Shown here: positions 45,239 through 55,565 of the stretch, piece by piece
Layout of the letters: each line of letters begins with the position of its first letter
Position numbering within the stretch: the stretch's first letter is position 1
Source of the DNA: Macrostomum lignano
Taxonomy: Eukaryota
Direction of reading: 5' to 3'
Assembly (NCBI GenBank): GCA_002269645.1
Contig: NIVC01001122.1
Location: forward strand, 356,682 to 420,681
DNA: 64,000 nucleotides
Translations under genes and position numbers: made by a program
The notes under the pieces: model-generated
Database searches by the model: none
What the model was told of the DNA's origin: nothing
Seen by the model: only the letters and a program-made list of their open reading frames with translations

Positions 45239-46266
45239 TTCGTCTGTCTGACTGACTGAGCAACCGCGCACCCCTCGCCACCGCAGGCCGAGCACAGCCT
45301 GAAGCGGGCTGAGCAGTCGCGGCAGCGCGAGATCGCAAGGGCACGCAGTCTGGCCGACCGCTACGACGGGCTGCTTGGCCGGCTGAATCGGTTGCGCCTG
45401 CTGAGCAGTCTGGAGCCGCTGCCGATGCTGCCGGAGTCGCCAGCAGCCACCAGCGACTGCGGAGATTGTGTCGCCGCCGCATCGGCAGTCTTCGTTTCCG
45501 GATCTTCATCAGCTGAGTTGAGTATGGGGGGGGGGATTTTTAAGCCGGGGAAAAACGTTTCTTACTGTCGAATTAATCAAGTTGTGAACTAGCGGAGTGA
45601 CTAAGCAAGAAGTTTTCTACGATGTGAAGTTTCAAGCTTGTGTTGGGAGGTTGTAAAGCGCCTCCCCTTTAACTCACTAGAAAAGCAACAAAGAATTTTT
45701 TACCTTGATCGTATTTTAACATTTAAACTTTTGTTGGGCTGAATGCAAATTAGTGAAGTTCGTTGTTTTCTGTTTGCAAGGTTATCAGAACTTCAAGTAA
45801 AGAACAAAGATGAAACTCAGTTATACTCATAGTATGCAGATTGCTTTAACCGCGTTTTACCAAAATTTTCAGCTACACTTCCTCCCTGGTGCCGCTCCGT
45901 CCGCCCTATCATCTGGCGGCTCTGCCGTCATTTCTACCTCAATTTCCACCGCCACCGCCGCTAATTCCGCCGACTTTCCTATCGCCGCCAGTGCCACCAC
46001 CCTCAAGTCCGCCCAGCCGACAGCAGCAGGTCGTGAATCATCGCCAGCCACCAAGGCAGTCACCATCAGCCTCGTCCTGCTCATCGGCATCTAAACAACA
46101 ACAACAGCAGCAGCAGCAAAGGTCTCAGCTGCCTCAGCCGCCAATGAAGGCCTGCCTGTCCTGCCAGCAGCAGATCCATCGGAACGCTCCGATCTGCCCG
46201 CTATGCAAGGTCAAGAGCCGATCAGCGCACCCGAAAAAGCAGAAAAGAAAGGCGGAAAGTTCCTAA
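43900..46266 (+). CDS. ZC4H2: Zinc finger C4H2 domain-containing protein, 4 exons, 338 aa
   Basis: Exons 43900-44120, 44379-44550, 45287-45516, 45873-46266 (1017 nt). Coiled coil [16 protein letters not shown] ~ EKMAHVEELRLIHADI; C-terminus [34 protein letters not shown] is near-identical to ZC4H2. The start codon and the weak exon-3 donor (GTTGAG) are less certain. Confidence 0.9.
44198..44260 (+). mobile_element. SINE family A fragment (ZC4H2 intron 1)
   Basis: AGGGCCGCTGTACACTC...GCGTACG...GCGGAATG matches the reverse complement of the 5.8 kb copy, with deletions. Confidence 0.55.
44565..44790. repeat. 27-bp minisatellite (GATGCCTGAGCAGTGTCCATGCTGACT), ~8 copies, ZC4H2 intron 2
   Basis: Starts ~14 nt after the donor at 44551. 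Confidence 0.95.
44790..45255. repeat. Compound (TCTG)n/(TGTCTTAG..)n/(GCCT)n microsatellite, ZC4H2 intron 2
   Basis: Visible tetranucleotide tracts up to ~30 nt before the acceptor. Confidence 0.93.
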
Positions 46267-47200
46267 TAACTGCATGCTAACTTAAGCCTGAGGGAGATAC
46301 AATATTCCACCGATAATAGCATGGCTAGCTGCATGTAGTTCATGTTAGAGTTGATGTCCAGGATGAAATGACTATCGATGCAAACGTTGAGCGACGAAAT
46401 CTGCTTAAATCTGCGATGCTAACACGCTTCCAGCCGATTAAATGTGCCTTGTACTGCAGAGTCACAACCATTTTGTAGAATAGCTTGAAGTGAAACCGCT
46501 CTTTGGTACAAATAAAAGCGTATACAGTACGGAGCATACGCTACTCATCCACCCTGTCCACTCTAAAGCTATACGAGTATACGAGTACACTTGATGTCGA
46601 ACATTATTTATTGTACAAAAAATCAGCGTTTGAATAGTGTACAGTTCCAGATAGTGTTTGAAAAGTAACAAGAATTTTGTAATAACTTTTAAATGGGTAA
46701 ACTTATCAACTTGACATTTTTTCGTAGCAATTAAGTTTGAAAATATGGAGAGCACACAGCTTCAGGTTCAACCTTAACAACCTGCATGCGTCAGAGATAT
46801 CTTACAGGAAAGTTCAGACCTCAAGATTAATAGCTACGATCAGGCATTCGTGTTCTTGTTGTGCTAAAAATTGGATTTTAGGTTGTTCCATAGTCTCATT
46901 TTTTAAATGCACTGTTAAGTCAAGAATTTGCATTATTTTTCTCATGGACAGCAGATCGTAATTATTCACACAAGATATCACTTAATGCACGTAAGCTGGT
47001 ACAGTAGAAACTGAAGCTGCATGCTATTGTATATAGCATGAGGGTAAAAATTTCAAGTTGATGAATTTATGACAAAATTCTCCTAACTTTCGAAACACCC
47101 CTTGTAACTGCAGATGTCCAAAATAAAACTAACAGGGTTGGACTCATTGCAGTAAGTAGTCTACTAAGGACTTCCACTACTAGTGGCCCTTAAACCAGCT

Positions 47201-47445
47201 TTGTGCATCCTGGCGCACTTTAAGCGACATTGTCACACAACCGGCGAGAGGCATTAATTGCCTAGTTCGACGACTCCCCTGAGCAGGCACACAAGCGCGC
47301 GGATACGTACGCAGTCACACGCACAGGCACACACTCACACAGGAGTGTACAGCGGTCCTACAGCAGTCCTAACTGTACCTTGGGGGTTGGCCCAGATTCC
47401 AATTTAGCCCCAAATTAATGTGACTGCCACTTGGAATCCAGCTTG
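47201..47445 (-). mobile_element. SINE family A copy, head truncated or decayed
   Basis: CTGGCGCACTTTAAGCGACAT...CAACCGGCGAGAGGCATT...GACTCCCCTGAGCAGGCA...GGAGTGTACAGCGG...CCCCAAATTAATGTGACTGC is collinear with 5721-6010. Confidence 0.85.
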
Positions 47446-48529
47446 GGCCTCCAATCAAGCACTGTTGAAGGATTCATGCTTAAAAAATTAAAAATTTCTG
47501 GCAAATATTTTTTAGAAAAAGTGAGCCTTAAGTGTCCAGTCCTTCCATTACGAGTGCATTGACTGGTTTTATCGATCAAAATAAGATCCAATACTATCCG
47601 TCAATGTTAGGCAAATAATGGTAGTATAATGCGAACTTTCGCGGAATGTTTATCGAAAAGTACATTAATAGCAACACCAACACACACAGGGACAAGATCT
47701 TTTTAGGAGAAGGCTTGTCGCGAGGATGTTTCGTTACATTTTGCCCGGAGAACACCGAAGACAGTTGACTCGACGGCTCCAATGCCGATTCTTTAGGCAT
47801 TGCTTTGTATAAGACCATATGGCTTTCTGACCAATTTTCTGGAGCGTGCAGCAGCGACGACTGTTTTAATGGTGGCTCTTCGTACAGCGATACAAATCCA
47901 AGGCGCAACAGAAAAATAACATCGGAGTAGCTATGCTAGTAGTCAGTACCAATCACGTGCTACGTAGTAATGGATTTGTGACAGATATTGCTACTAACGA
48001 GTTGGCTTTGACAGATGTCAGAAGTAATATGCAGCTCACTTAACTCCATTTCGATTGTTTTGTTTTTTACTCGTAACTTCATGCCTTTTAAAGGCAGCTT
48101 TTTTGAAACATAAAACTGGGTGGTCTTTGAGAGAGCGGGGGCACTTAGCAGACACTGATATTGGCAGCAAGACTACAAGCAAGTAGCAAGCCTCAATCAG
48201 ACTTCAAACACGGTTAACGGTTTAAAAAGACATGGTTGGCGCAACTGTGTGAATTCCTTCAGCATATTATCATTTTCCGCTAATGGGCCAAGTTTTGGAA
48301 GCGGGTCTGCCATTTATTGCTTTTTCCCTGCGCAACAAGAATCTTAACCTTTAGCTGCTTGTTATTTATGCCTCAGCATGCCGTTTTCTCAACTCTTCAC
48401 CCCGTGATTATTCAGATTTGCTGAATTCCTCTTCTGGAGTATAATTCTGTCGGCAACGCCGCTCTGCATAAAATGAGGATTCTGCATCCAGATCCTTGAC
48501 GTTCTTTCACCAAAGCGATGCCAAGTGAG

Positions 48530-48824
48530 ATCGTGCCATGGATTTTATGGGGGGGGGGCAAAGCTAAGAATTCTACCTGCACATGTACATTTTTAGAATC
48601 GGTGTTGTCAGCGCTCGGTGCTCATTTTAGCGCCGCAGGCACTCATTAGCGCCGCAGACATTTATTTTGGCGCCGCAGGTGCTATATTTTTTCGCCCTGA
48701 AGCAAAATTATTGATTTCCATAACCGGACACAAAGTTGGGTGGGGGGAGGGCAAAGCATTGGCATACACCTTATATCTTTTACTGGGGTGGACATGCCCC
48801 CCCCCCCGAGTGGCGACGCCCCTG
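48530..48824. mobile_element. hAT-like non-autonomous element carrying ~3 copies of the 21-bp GCGCCGCAG..CATTTT unit
   Basis: Right terminus GGCGACGCCCCTG (reverse complement CAGGGGCGTCGCC) at 48812-48824; the left end is degenerate and no TSD was found. Confidence 0.55.
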
Positions 48825-49415
48825 CATTACATTAACAAATACGAAGTATAACGTCACACGTCGGTGTAATTACAAGCACATATTTGTCAGCGACGTCGGG
48901 AACGTACGAACGATTGCTGTACGGTCATACAAGATGTCAAACAAGATTAATATTTTATAATTTTGTCGCAGCAATCGCCAGCAAGACTCCAAAATGAATT
49001 TCGCTGGTTTGAAAGCCGAAGAACGAAGACTACTTGATGATGAGAAAAACATGCAGGCCTGCACAATATTAACTGTTGTTTCGACTGGTTAAAGAATCTG
49101 TCGTTTGCTGATCGCAGTAAAAAGAATAAAAAAAAATGACGCTTTTTTTTTTTTTTTTTCAAAACAGTTTTCTCTAGTCAATTACCTGACCGAGAGTATC
49201 TGTTAAAATTTTATTTTTACCCACAAAACCACAGCGCCTTCACTATGAAACGTGTGCGCAGACACACCAACAAGCTGGGCCCGGAGGGTTGACTTCAAAT
49301 CTAGAATCAACGCAAAACGGCTGGCAATACAGGAAAGGCTAGAAAGAAACAATGCAACTAAGCAGTCAGTCATCAAGCATAGATCATTGCTGCGTACTGT
49401 TGTTTTGCTCTCCAC

Positions 49416-49802
49416 TCAATCGTCGCCGCCTTCATCGTCAGCCTCCTCGCTATTGATGTTGAAGTACCTGAGCTCGTAGGTGTCCTTCTCCGTGGCAACT
49501 ACTCGAAGCCAGTCGCGTAGAGAATTCTTCTTCAAGTACTTCTTAGTCAGGTATTTCAGATAGCGCTTGGAGAATGGTATGTCGGCCGACACGGTCACTT
49601 TGCTCTTGTTCCGTTCAATAGTGACTAAATTCTGCAGGTTATTGGTTTTGCCCTGCACCTTGATCCTCTCGGTGAGGAATTTCTCAAAGCTGGCCACATC
49701 CATGATGCCGTCCTCAACTGGGTGGGTGCAGTCGATGACGAACTTGTGAGTCTGCTTCTTTTTCTTGCCCTTCAGATTTGAGCGGCGTGGCACCTTCGGC
49801 AT
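49416..49802 (-). CDS. RPL22: 60S ribosomal protein L22 (eL22), 128 aa, no intron in CDS
   Basis: [34 protein letters not shown]...VPFSK-like [29 protein letters not shown]...YELRYFNI. True ATG at 49802, not the ORF-track start; acceptor CCCGCAG 5 nt upstream; AATAAA on minus at ~49210-49215. Confidence 0.97.
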   Translation of the reverse strand: MPKVPRRSNLKGKKKKQTHKFVIDCTHPVEDGIMDVASFEKFLTERIKVQGKTNNLQNLVTIERNKSKVTVSADIPFSKRYLKYLTKKYLKKNSLRDWLRVVATEKDTYELRYFNINSEEADDEGGDD

Positions 49803-49997
49803 GTCGGCTGCGGGCTCATTAATGGGAGGCACACAGGCGGCCAGATTAGTAAGGTAAATTAAGTCTAAATATTTCTTTGTTATAATTTTCACTACAATTC
49901 AACTCTTGTCAATGCTACTGATAGTAGGATGCATCAGATGGAAAACTATATGTTTCAAGAATGGATTTAAATGCTACGTTACTAAAGTCCTTTTAGG

Positions 49998-50232
49998 GGA
50001 AATTGCTGAGATGTCAAGGCTTACGGGGGGCATTGCTGAGGTGTCAAGGCTTACGGGGGGCATTGCTGAGGTGTCAAGGCTTACGGGGGGTATTGCTGAG
50101 GTGTCAAGGCTTACGGGGGGTATTGCTGAGGTGTCAAGGCTTACGGGGGGTATTGCTGAGGTGTCAAGGCTTACGGGGGGTATTGCTGAGGTGTCAAGGC
50201 CTATTGGGGATAATATTGAGGTGTCAAGGCTC
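49998..50232. repeat. 30-bp minisatellite (CATTGCTGAGGTGTCAAGGCTTACGGGGGG), ~8 copies, upstream of the RPL22 acceptor
   Basis: 10-aa periodic ORFs; a decayed homolog lies at 61567-61797. Confidence 0.95.
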
Positions 50233-50769
50233 ACGCAAATAATTTTTGTCCATTGCTTATTGGCCATCCCGAAGGGGGCACTAGATTGCTAATTTCTTTC
50301 TATATATTTAATAAACTTACCAAACTAAAATTACACAAGCACCATTAATTGTAGCAATCAATGCTACATACATGTTTAGGCAAATATTCAGTGTCTATAT
50401 TACTTAAGATTATCGTAGATCGTATTAGCCTAAAAGCGACGCTGCAAGATCGGTCAATTATGAAAAGCAAAATTAAAAAAATCTGTTTATTAATTTTCGA
50501 GTACGTACTTTAAGAGGAACACAGTAGAAAGCTACAATACGGCATTCAACAGCATTAAAATAAGAATTCGAATACAAAATTGAAGAGACTCGAAAACTTT
50601 TAAGTAAGTCGGTGATTTCATTGAAATAAATAACAAAAACAATTAAACGGTCCATTATAGATCAGAATGGAGCTATATATAAGTGCTTCTTCTCGAATTA
50701 AAATACTAATAATAATAATAGAAACACTATTAAAGATAAGTACAATAAAATTAGGACTAGCAATCAGAG

Positions 50770-50971
50770 CAGGGGGTCGGCAAAAATTGGTACTTTGTGG
50801 GCCAGATGAGAGTGGAAAGGAGAGAGAATATGGAAGATGAGAGAAGAGAGGAGAGGAGGAGACGGAGAGAGAGAGGAGAGGGGGAGAGAAACGAGAAGAG
50901 AGCCGAGAAGAGACACAAAAATTGAGCGGGCCGGATAGAGGGCTTCGCGGGCCGGTGTTTGTCGGTCTCTG
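50770..50971. mobile_element. hAT (Charlie-like) MITE, short copy of the intron-11 family
   Basis: Ends CAGGGGGTCGGCAAA and GTTTGTCGGTCTCTG; 8-bp flanks AATCAGAG and AATTAGAG (7/8); internal GA-rich tract. Confidence 0.85.
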
Positions 50972-51040
50972 AATTAGAGCATATAAGAGAGCAATCTGTG
51001 TGCTAGAATGTGCGCACTCGCGGGTCACTGATCCGTTCAC

Positions 51041-51715
51041 TTATTTTTTCCCAGTAGACGGCATCTTATTATAGACGAGCCAGTCAATAAAATTTGTCCA
51101 CACCGAGCTGTCGTGATAAATATAGGTCATGGACGCTTTCAACGAAGGCTGCAGAGTGTCGCCTTCGAATTCGAATAGACAGAGCACGCAGCCCCAGACG
51201 ATGGCGGCAAATAATTGGAAAGTATTGCTAGGCGGATTAGCAATCCAACCGCGCTTGACAAGCAGCTTAGCGGTGCCATAGAGAATGCGGGACAGCAGGT
51301 ACAAATTGATCTGCTCGTTCACCTTGTTAGATTGACCAAACACCAAGTAACCAGCTAAGAAAGCGGCCAGGAAAGCTTGCCAACGCTGCAAACCTGACGC
51401 TGGCGACGCCTTGTCACCAACTGTTCGGCCAGTGGTTTTCAACAGCAGGCGGCAGGCCAGTTTGTATATGACAGCAAAGCTGGCCAGACCGCGTGCGTGC
51501 TGCACAGTCAGCTGAACAATATTGGACAGCTTGTCCGACAGTGGCCCCGATTTGAATAGAAATGTCATCACTACAGCATGAGGAAATCGGATCTTGCAGC
51601 CATAGACAATGCCATTGCGGATGCCTTTGATTAGCTCGGCAGCAAAGCTGTACTGCGGCTGGTGAAGCGCCCAGTTCACAGTTTCTAGCAGGCTGGGTGG
51701 CAGCAAGGATGCCAT
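51041..51715 (-). CDS. PXMP4: Peroxisomal membrane protein 4 (Tim17/22/23/Pmp24 family), 224 aa, no intron in CDS
   Basis: KGIRNGIVYGCKIRFPHAVVMTFLF...HARGLASFAVIYK...FLAAFLAGYLVFGQSNKVNEQINLYLLSRILYG...AAIVWGCVLCLFE...LQPSLKASMTYIYHDS..W. Confidence 0.95.
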   Translation of the reverse strand: MASLLPPSLLETVNWALHQPQYSFAAELIKGIRNGIVYGCKIRFPHAVVMTFLFKSGPLSDKLSNIVQLTVQHARGLASFAVIYKLACRLLLKTTGRTVGDKASPASGLQRWQAFLAAFLAGYLVFGQSNKVNEQINLYLLSRILYGTAKLLVKRGWIANPPSNTFQLFAAIVWGCVLCLFEFEGDTLQPSLKASMTYIYHDSSVWTNFIDWLVYNKMPSTGKK

Positions 51716-53710
51716 ATTTAGTTATTCAATTCTGAAGTACAATTAAATGTAATCAGTGTATTAAATATCGAAATTATTAAAAAAGGAATGGTATAATAAT
51801 AATAATAATACTAATTGATTACATTAGATGTGCAACTGACAGATCAGCCACAGCAATATATAAAATAAAACAATGAAATATGAAGCAATTTAACTAAAAA
51901 ACTAAAATTCTAATTATGCCTTTTGTAGGCTCTACTAGCTCTAATCTTGATCAAGATATTGACCCTGTAGACAAATTCTACTATGGCAAAAGATTAAAGA
52001 ATGTTATAGAAATATATTCAGCTGCAATTGCAATGATTAATACTAACTACTACTGCTAGCTGCCTATAAATTTCTAGAAGATCTTATAGTGTTTTTCCTA
52101 AATCAATATCTATATTTAGAGCCAATAAGGAATAATAGGGATAAAAGACAAACAAAATAATTGATTTGAATTCATAATCCAATAAACTTATACTATGATC
52201 TTAGATACATTCTAGTGGTACAATAATAGATACTTAAAATAATAAACTAGCTTAGTAACAACATAGCTATTTGCCTAGTATCTAACTTGCCAATAACATA
52301 GCTATTTGCAACATAGAATACTTGATATTTAGTTAAACACTGCATATTATTAAAAACTGTTTTGTAATGTAAATAGACTATACATAGTTCAGAAATATTA
52401 TAAAAAATTTTTAAGTTATTTTCTTAAGAGTAAAACAGTAGTTTTTATGTTAAAAATAAACACAAATAAATTGAACATAAACATAGCTAAACAATGCCAT
52501 AAAAAAATATAAGCATTGAAAGAAGAGTCAAGAATTATTTTAAGTTATTATAGACCTTAATATATATCTTAATAGTTAGTCATCTAAGAAAAGGTCATGA
52601 CAATTTTAGCTATGTTTTAGTCTTCAGCATTTATTTTATAATACAAAATTTTACTTCAGAATCTTAGACCTAAATTTATTTTAATTTTTATTCTAATTCT
52701 TTATTCTCATTAGCCAACTAGCCATTTGCTAGCTAGATATTTTCTAGCTGGCATTTATTAAGCAGTCCAAGTTTCAACTATTTATGATATATATTATCAT
52801 ATAGAAAATGGTGCATAAGTAGCCAAACCTAAATATAAAATATAAAAGATACAAGTCTTAGAAAACAAAAAAGTTTGATATCAAGTGTGCTTAGAAATTT
52901 CTAAAGGAGAGGGGTTATTATTGAGAGAAAGATGGCATTAACAAAGATTTTTCTAAAATCCTAGACCTAGTTTTGATTGTAGCATTACAGGAGACACAGT
53001 AGCATGACAATATAATATAAAAAAGTACATTAATAAGGTATAGCACAATAATAAGATAGGAAGAGGTACAACTAGAACTATGATAGTTTGGGGGGTATCA
53101 TTTGAAGGGTTTTTACCCAAAATTATGTTAATTTTGCTTTAGGGTTCCTTTTGTAGATAAGTTACAGTTTTGGCTAAAAAAGTTATTTGAATTTGTATAG
53201 GAACAGTAGTACTTATGATAAGTTATATAAAATTTAGCCTATAGTATAAGTATGATATATCTTTGTCTTTTTATATTGTATTTTATTTTTACTCATTACT
53301 TAGTAGCCACAGTCTCTATCACAGAATACCACAGAATGCTCATTCAGCCACCCTAAAGAAAAAATCTTGTTTCTAGTTGAAATCTTGTATTGACTAGAGA
53401 CATATTCTACTAGTCAATTGAGCATTCTGTGGTATTCTATGGTCTCTATTGCTATAGCAGCAGGCTTTGGTTCTTAGTGTCTTAGGGTCCCATAGGAAGT
53501 GTTGGCCTAAGACTAATAAGGTGCTAAGTACTAGCAGAGTCTTACCATTGTCAACTACATCCATAGACACATTGTCAAAAAGTACTTCAAAGCTAGCCAA
53601 GAGAGTTGCATAGTATTGGCCACTGGCTATCCAGCTAAGCTGCTATGTTAGCTCAATCTACTCAGGCTATGCTTAGACTAATGCAACTTAAGCATTGTTA
53701 GCATGCTTGG

Positions 53711-53866
53711 GCGCAACCTAGGGATTCACCCAGCCATTTCTATTGATAACACACACATTTAAGTCGCTATTGGATGGAATAGTAGTCACATGACTGCTCT
53801 CAGCCAATAGCAACTTACATGTGTGTGTTGCCAATAGAAATGGCCAAGTGATTCCTAAGGTTGCGC
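53711..53866. repeat. ~155-bp imperfect hairpin (63-bp inverted arms), probable foldback MITE
   Basis: GCGCAACCTAGGGATTCACCCAGCCATTTCTATTGATAACACACACATTTAAGTCGCTATTGG versus the reverse complement of the right arm GCGCAACCTTAGGAATCACTTGGCCATTTCTATTGGCAACACACACATGTAAGTTGCTATTGG. Confidence 0.85.
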
Positions 53867-55199
53867 ATGTGTGACTGTTAGGCTCCAGTTTCCTATGTAT
53901 AAAAACATATTAATGGCTAGCAGCAAGTATTTTTTCTAGGCTGCATTCAGTTCAGGCATATACAAAGCTAGAGCCTCTTGCTTAAAGCTCAAAGGCATCA
54001 TTACTAGGCCTAAGGGCCTATGGGCTGTGCTAGAGTTTGTATATAGGCCTATTGGCTTGTTGGCTATTAGTTGATTAGGCTAAAGATCCTATTCTCAATA
54101 TATATGAAAATATAAGAACAAATTCTCATTTATTTAGGATTCTAAAATTTATGAAGTCTAGGATATCCCAATCTAAAGAACCTTAATATAATATTTTCAG
54201 TCTTATATATTGCAATCTCAACAATCTTAGGATCTTAGGATTGGCAAAACTTAGGATTTTGTATTTTTTAACTAGGGGAACAAATGGGAAAATAAAGGCT
54301 AGGGGATATATTTTCCCAAAAAGACTAAAAATTAATATAGACTATTTTTTAGTATAGGGCCTAGGCCCTATTTTTTGTTTCCTTCCCTGCCTAGGAGTCA
54401 CCTAGGCTTTGCTATCCTATTCTTTTTGAAGAAAGTTTTAGGTAGCTTATCCCCTTTATGCCAATTTTTTTTTCTGGATAATAGATAGGCCTATTATAGA
54501 TTTGGCAATTGTTATTGTTACAATTACTATAGAAATAAGGCCTAGTAAAATAATTATTTTTACAATTAACGCATAAAACAAATACTAGGCTATTTAAATT
54601 AAGTAGGGCCTAATAAACTAGTAGGCCTAAGGCCTAATTCAAATAATAGGCCTATGAGCAAAGAAAGGCAATTAAATTTAAAAAAAGCATCATTATATTA
54701 TTTATACAATGATAATTTCAAATGGTTTTTGTCACCGACTTTAGCTAGGCCCTAGCTTACTTAAAGTACTTACTTAAGTTATTTTTCAAAGGAATAGGGC
54801 CTAGCATAAATGAAATTGCACTTAAACAAACTATGCATGCATTGCAATAGCCAGGCCTGCTTAGTCCTGCAGGACTAAGGAGTAGATCCTAGGCTAGTAT
54901 GCACTACATAATTTTTTCTTTTCAACTATTTGACTGTCCAAAAATTGCATTCAAAATAAAAAATTTCTGATTAGGTATGCCTATAGCCTATTCTCTATCA
55001 AAAAGCCTTAGGCTAGGCCTAGGCCTAACCATAAATTTAAAGCTTAGTTAAAATGATTACTGTATGCTGTATGGGAGTCACCAGGGAATGCATGCATTTT
55101 TAAAAAAGATTTTGTTGAATTAAGTAGAAAAATATACATTGGGAGTACAGAAATCAGAATGAAAAAACTGTGTAAATTCATTAAAAATAAACAATAATC

Positions 55200-55565
55200 A
55201 CATTTACCGACCCTCCAAGCTCGTGGCGCGTCTACGGAATGATCCGTGTTCAAGAGCAAAAAATAACTTAAAAAATCAAATTTGTGGCAAATTGTCAAAT
55301 GTATAAGCAAAAAATTCAGCAAATTGGAAGAATTATATGGATACGAATAATAGTAAGAAAATAAAAGTTAAAGTTTATTTTAAAAAATCAAAATTCAGCG
55401 ACCGTGTAAAATTTAACCTTTTGAATAAATAAATCGGATCATACTCGTCCAAAAATACCGTAAAAATTCTGGCGCGCTTTCAAATACTTTATCTTTTACA
55501 ATAACTCTAACTCTTACTAACTACTAACTCGCGGCAAATCGTCTTTATAAACTTCTATTTCGAAA
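55200..55565. promoter_or_regulatory. CpG-island-like segment; candidate PXMP4 promoter and non-coding first exon (minus-strand donor GTAAAT at 55207)
   Basis: ~18 CG in 360 bp against ~6 CG in the preceding 3.5 kb; PXMP4 has an acceptor TACTTCAG 16 nt before its ATG. Confidence 0.5.

Noticed and set aside
47594-47908. 104-aa minus-strand ORF, possibly a transposon fragment
   Set aside because: No motif I can recognise and no termini found.
49030-49115. Possible C/D-box snoRNA (ATGATGA...CTGA)
   Set aside because: No convincing terminal stem, no recognisable rRNA guide and no host intron on that strand; needs snoscan/Infernal.
49143-49802. RPL22 as a processed retrocopy (unbroken CDS plus an A17 run)
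   Set aside because: The A-run is ~50 nt past the AATAAA, no TSD is seen, the ORF is intact, and a branch/acceptor precedes the ATG.
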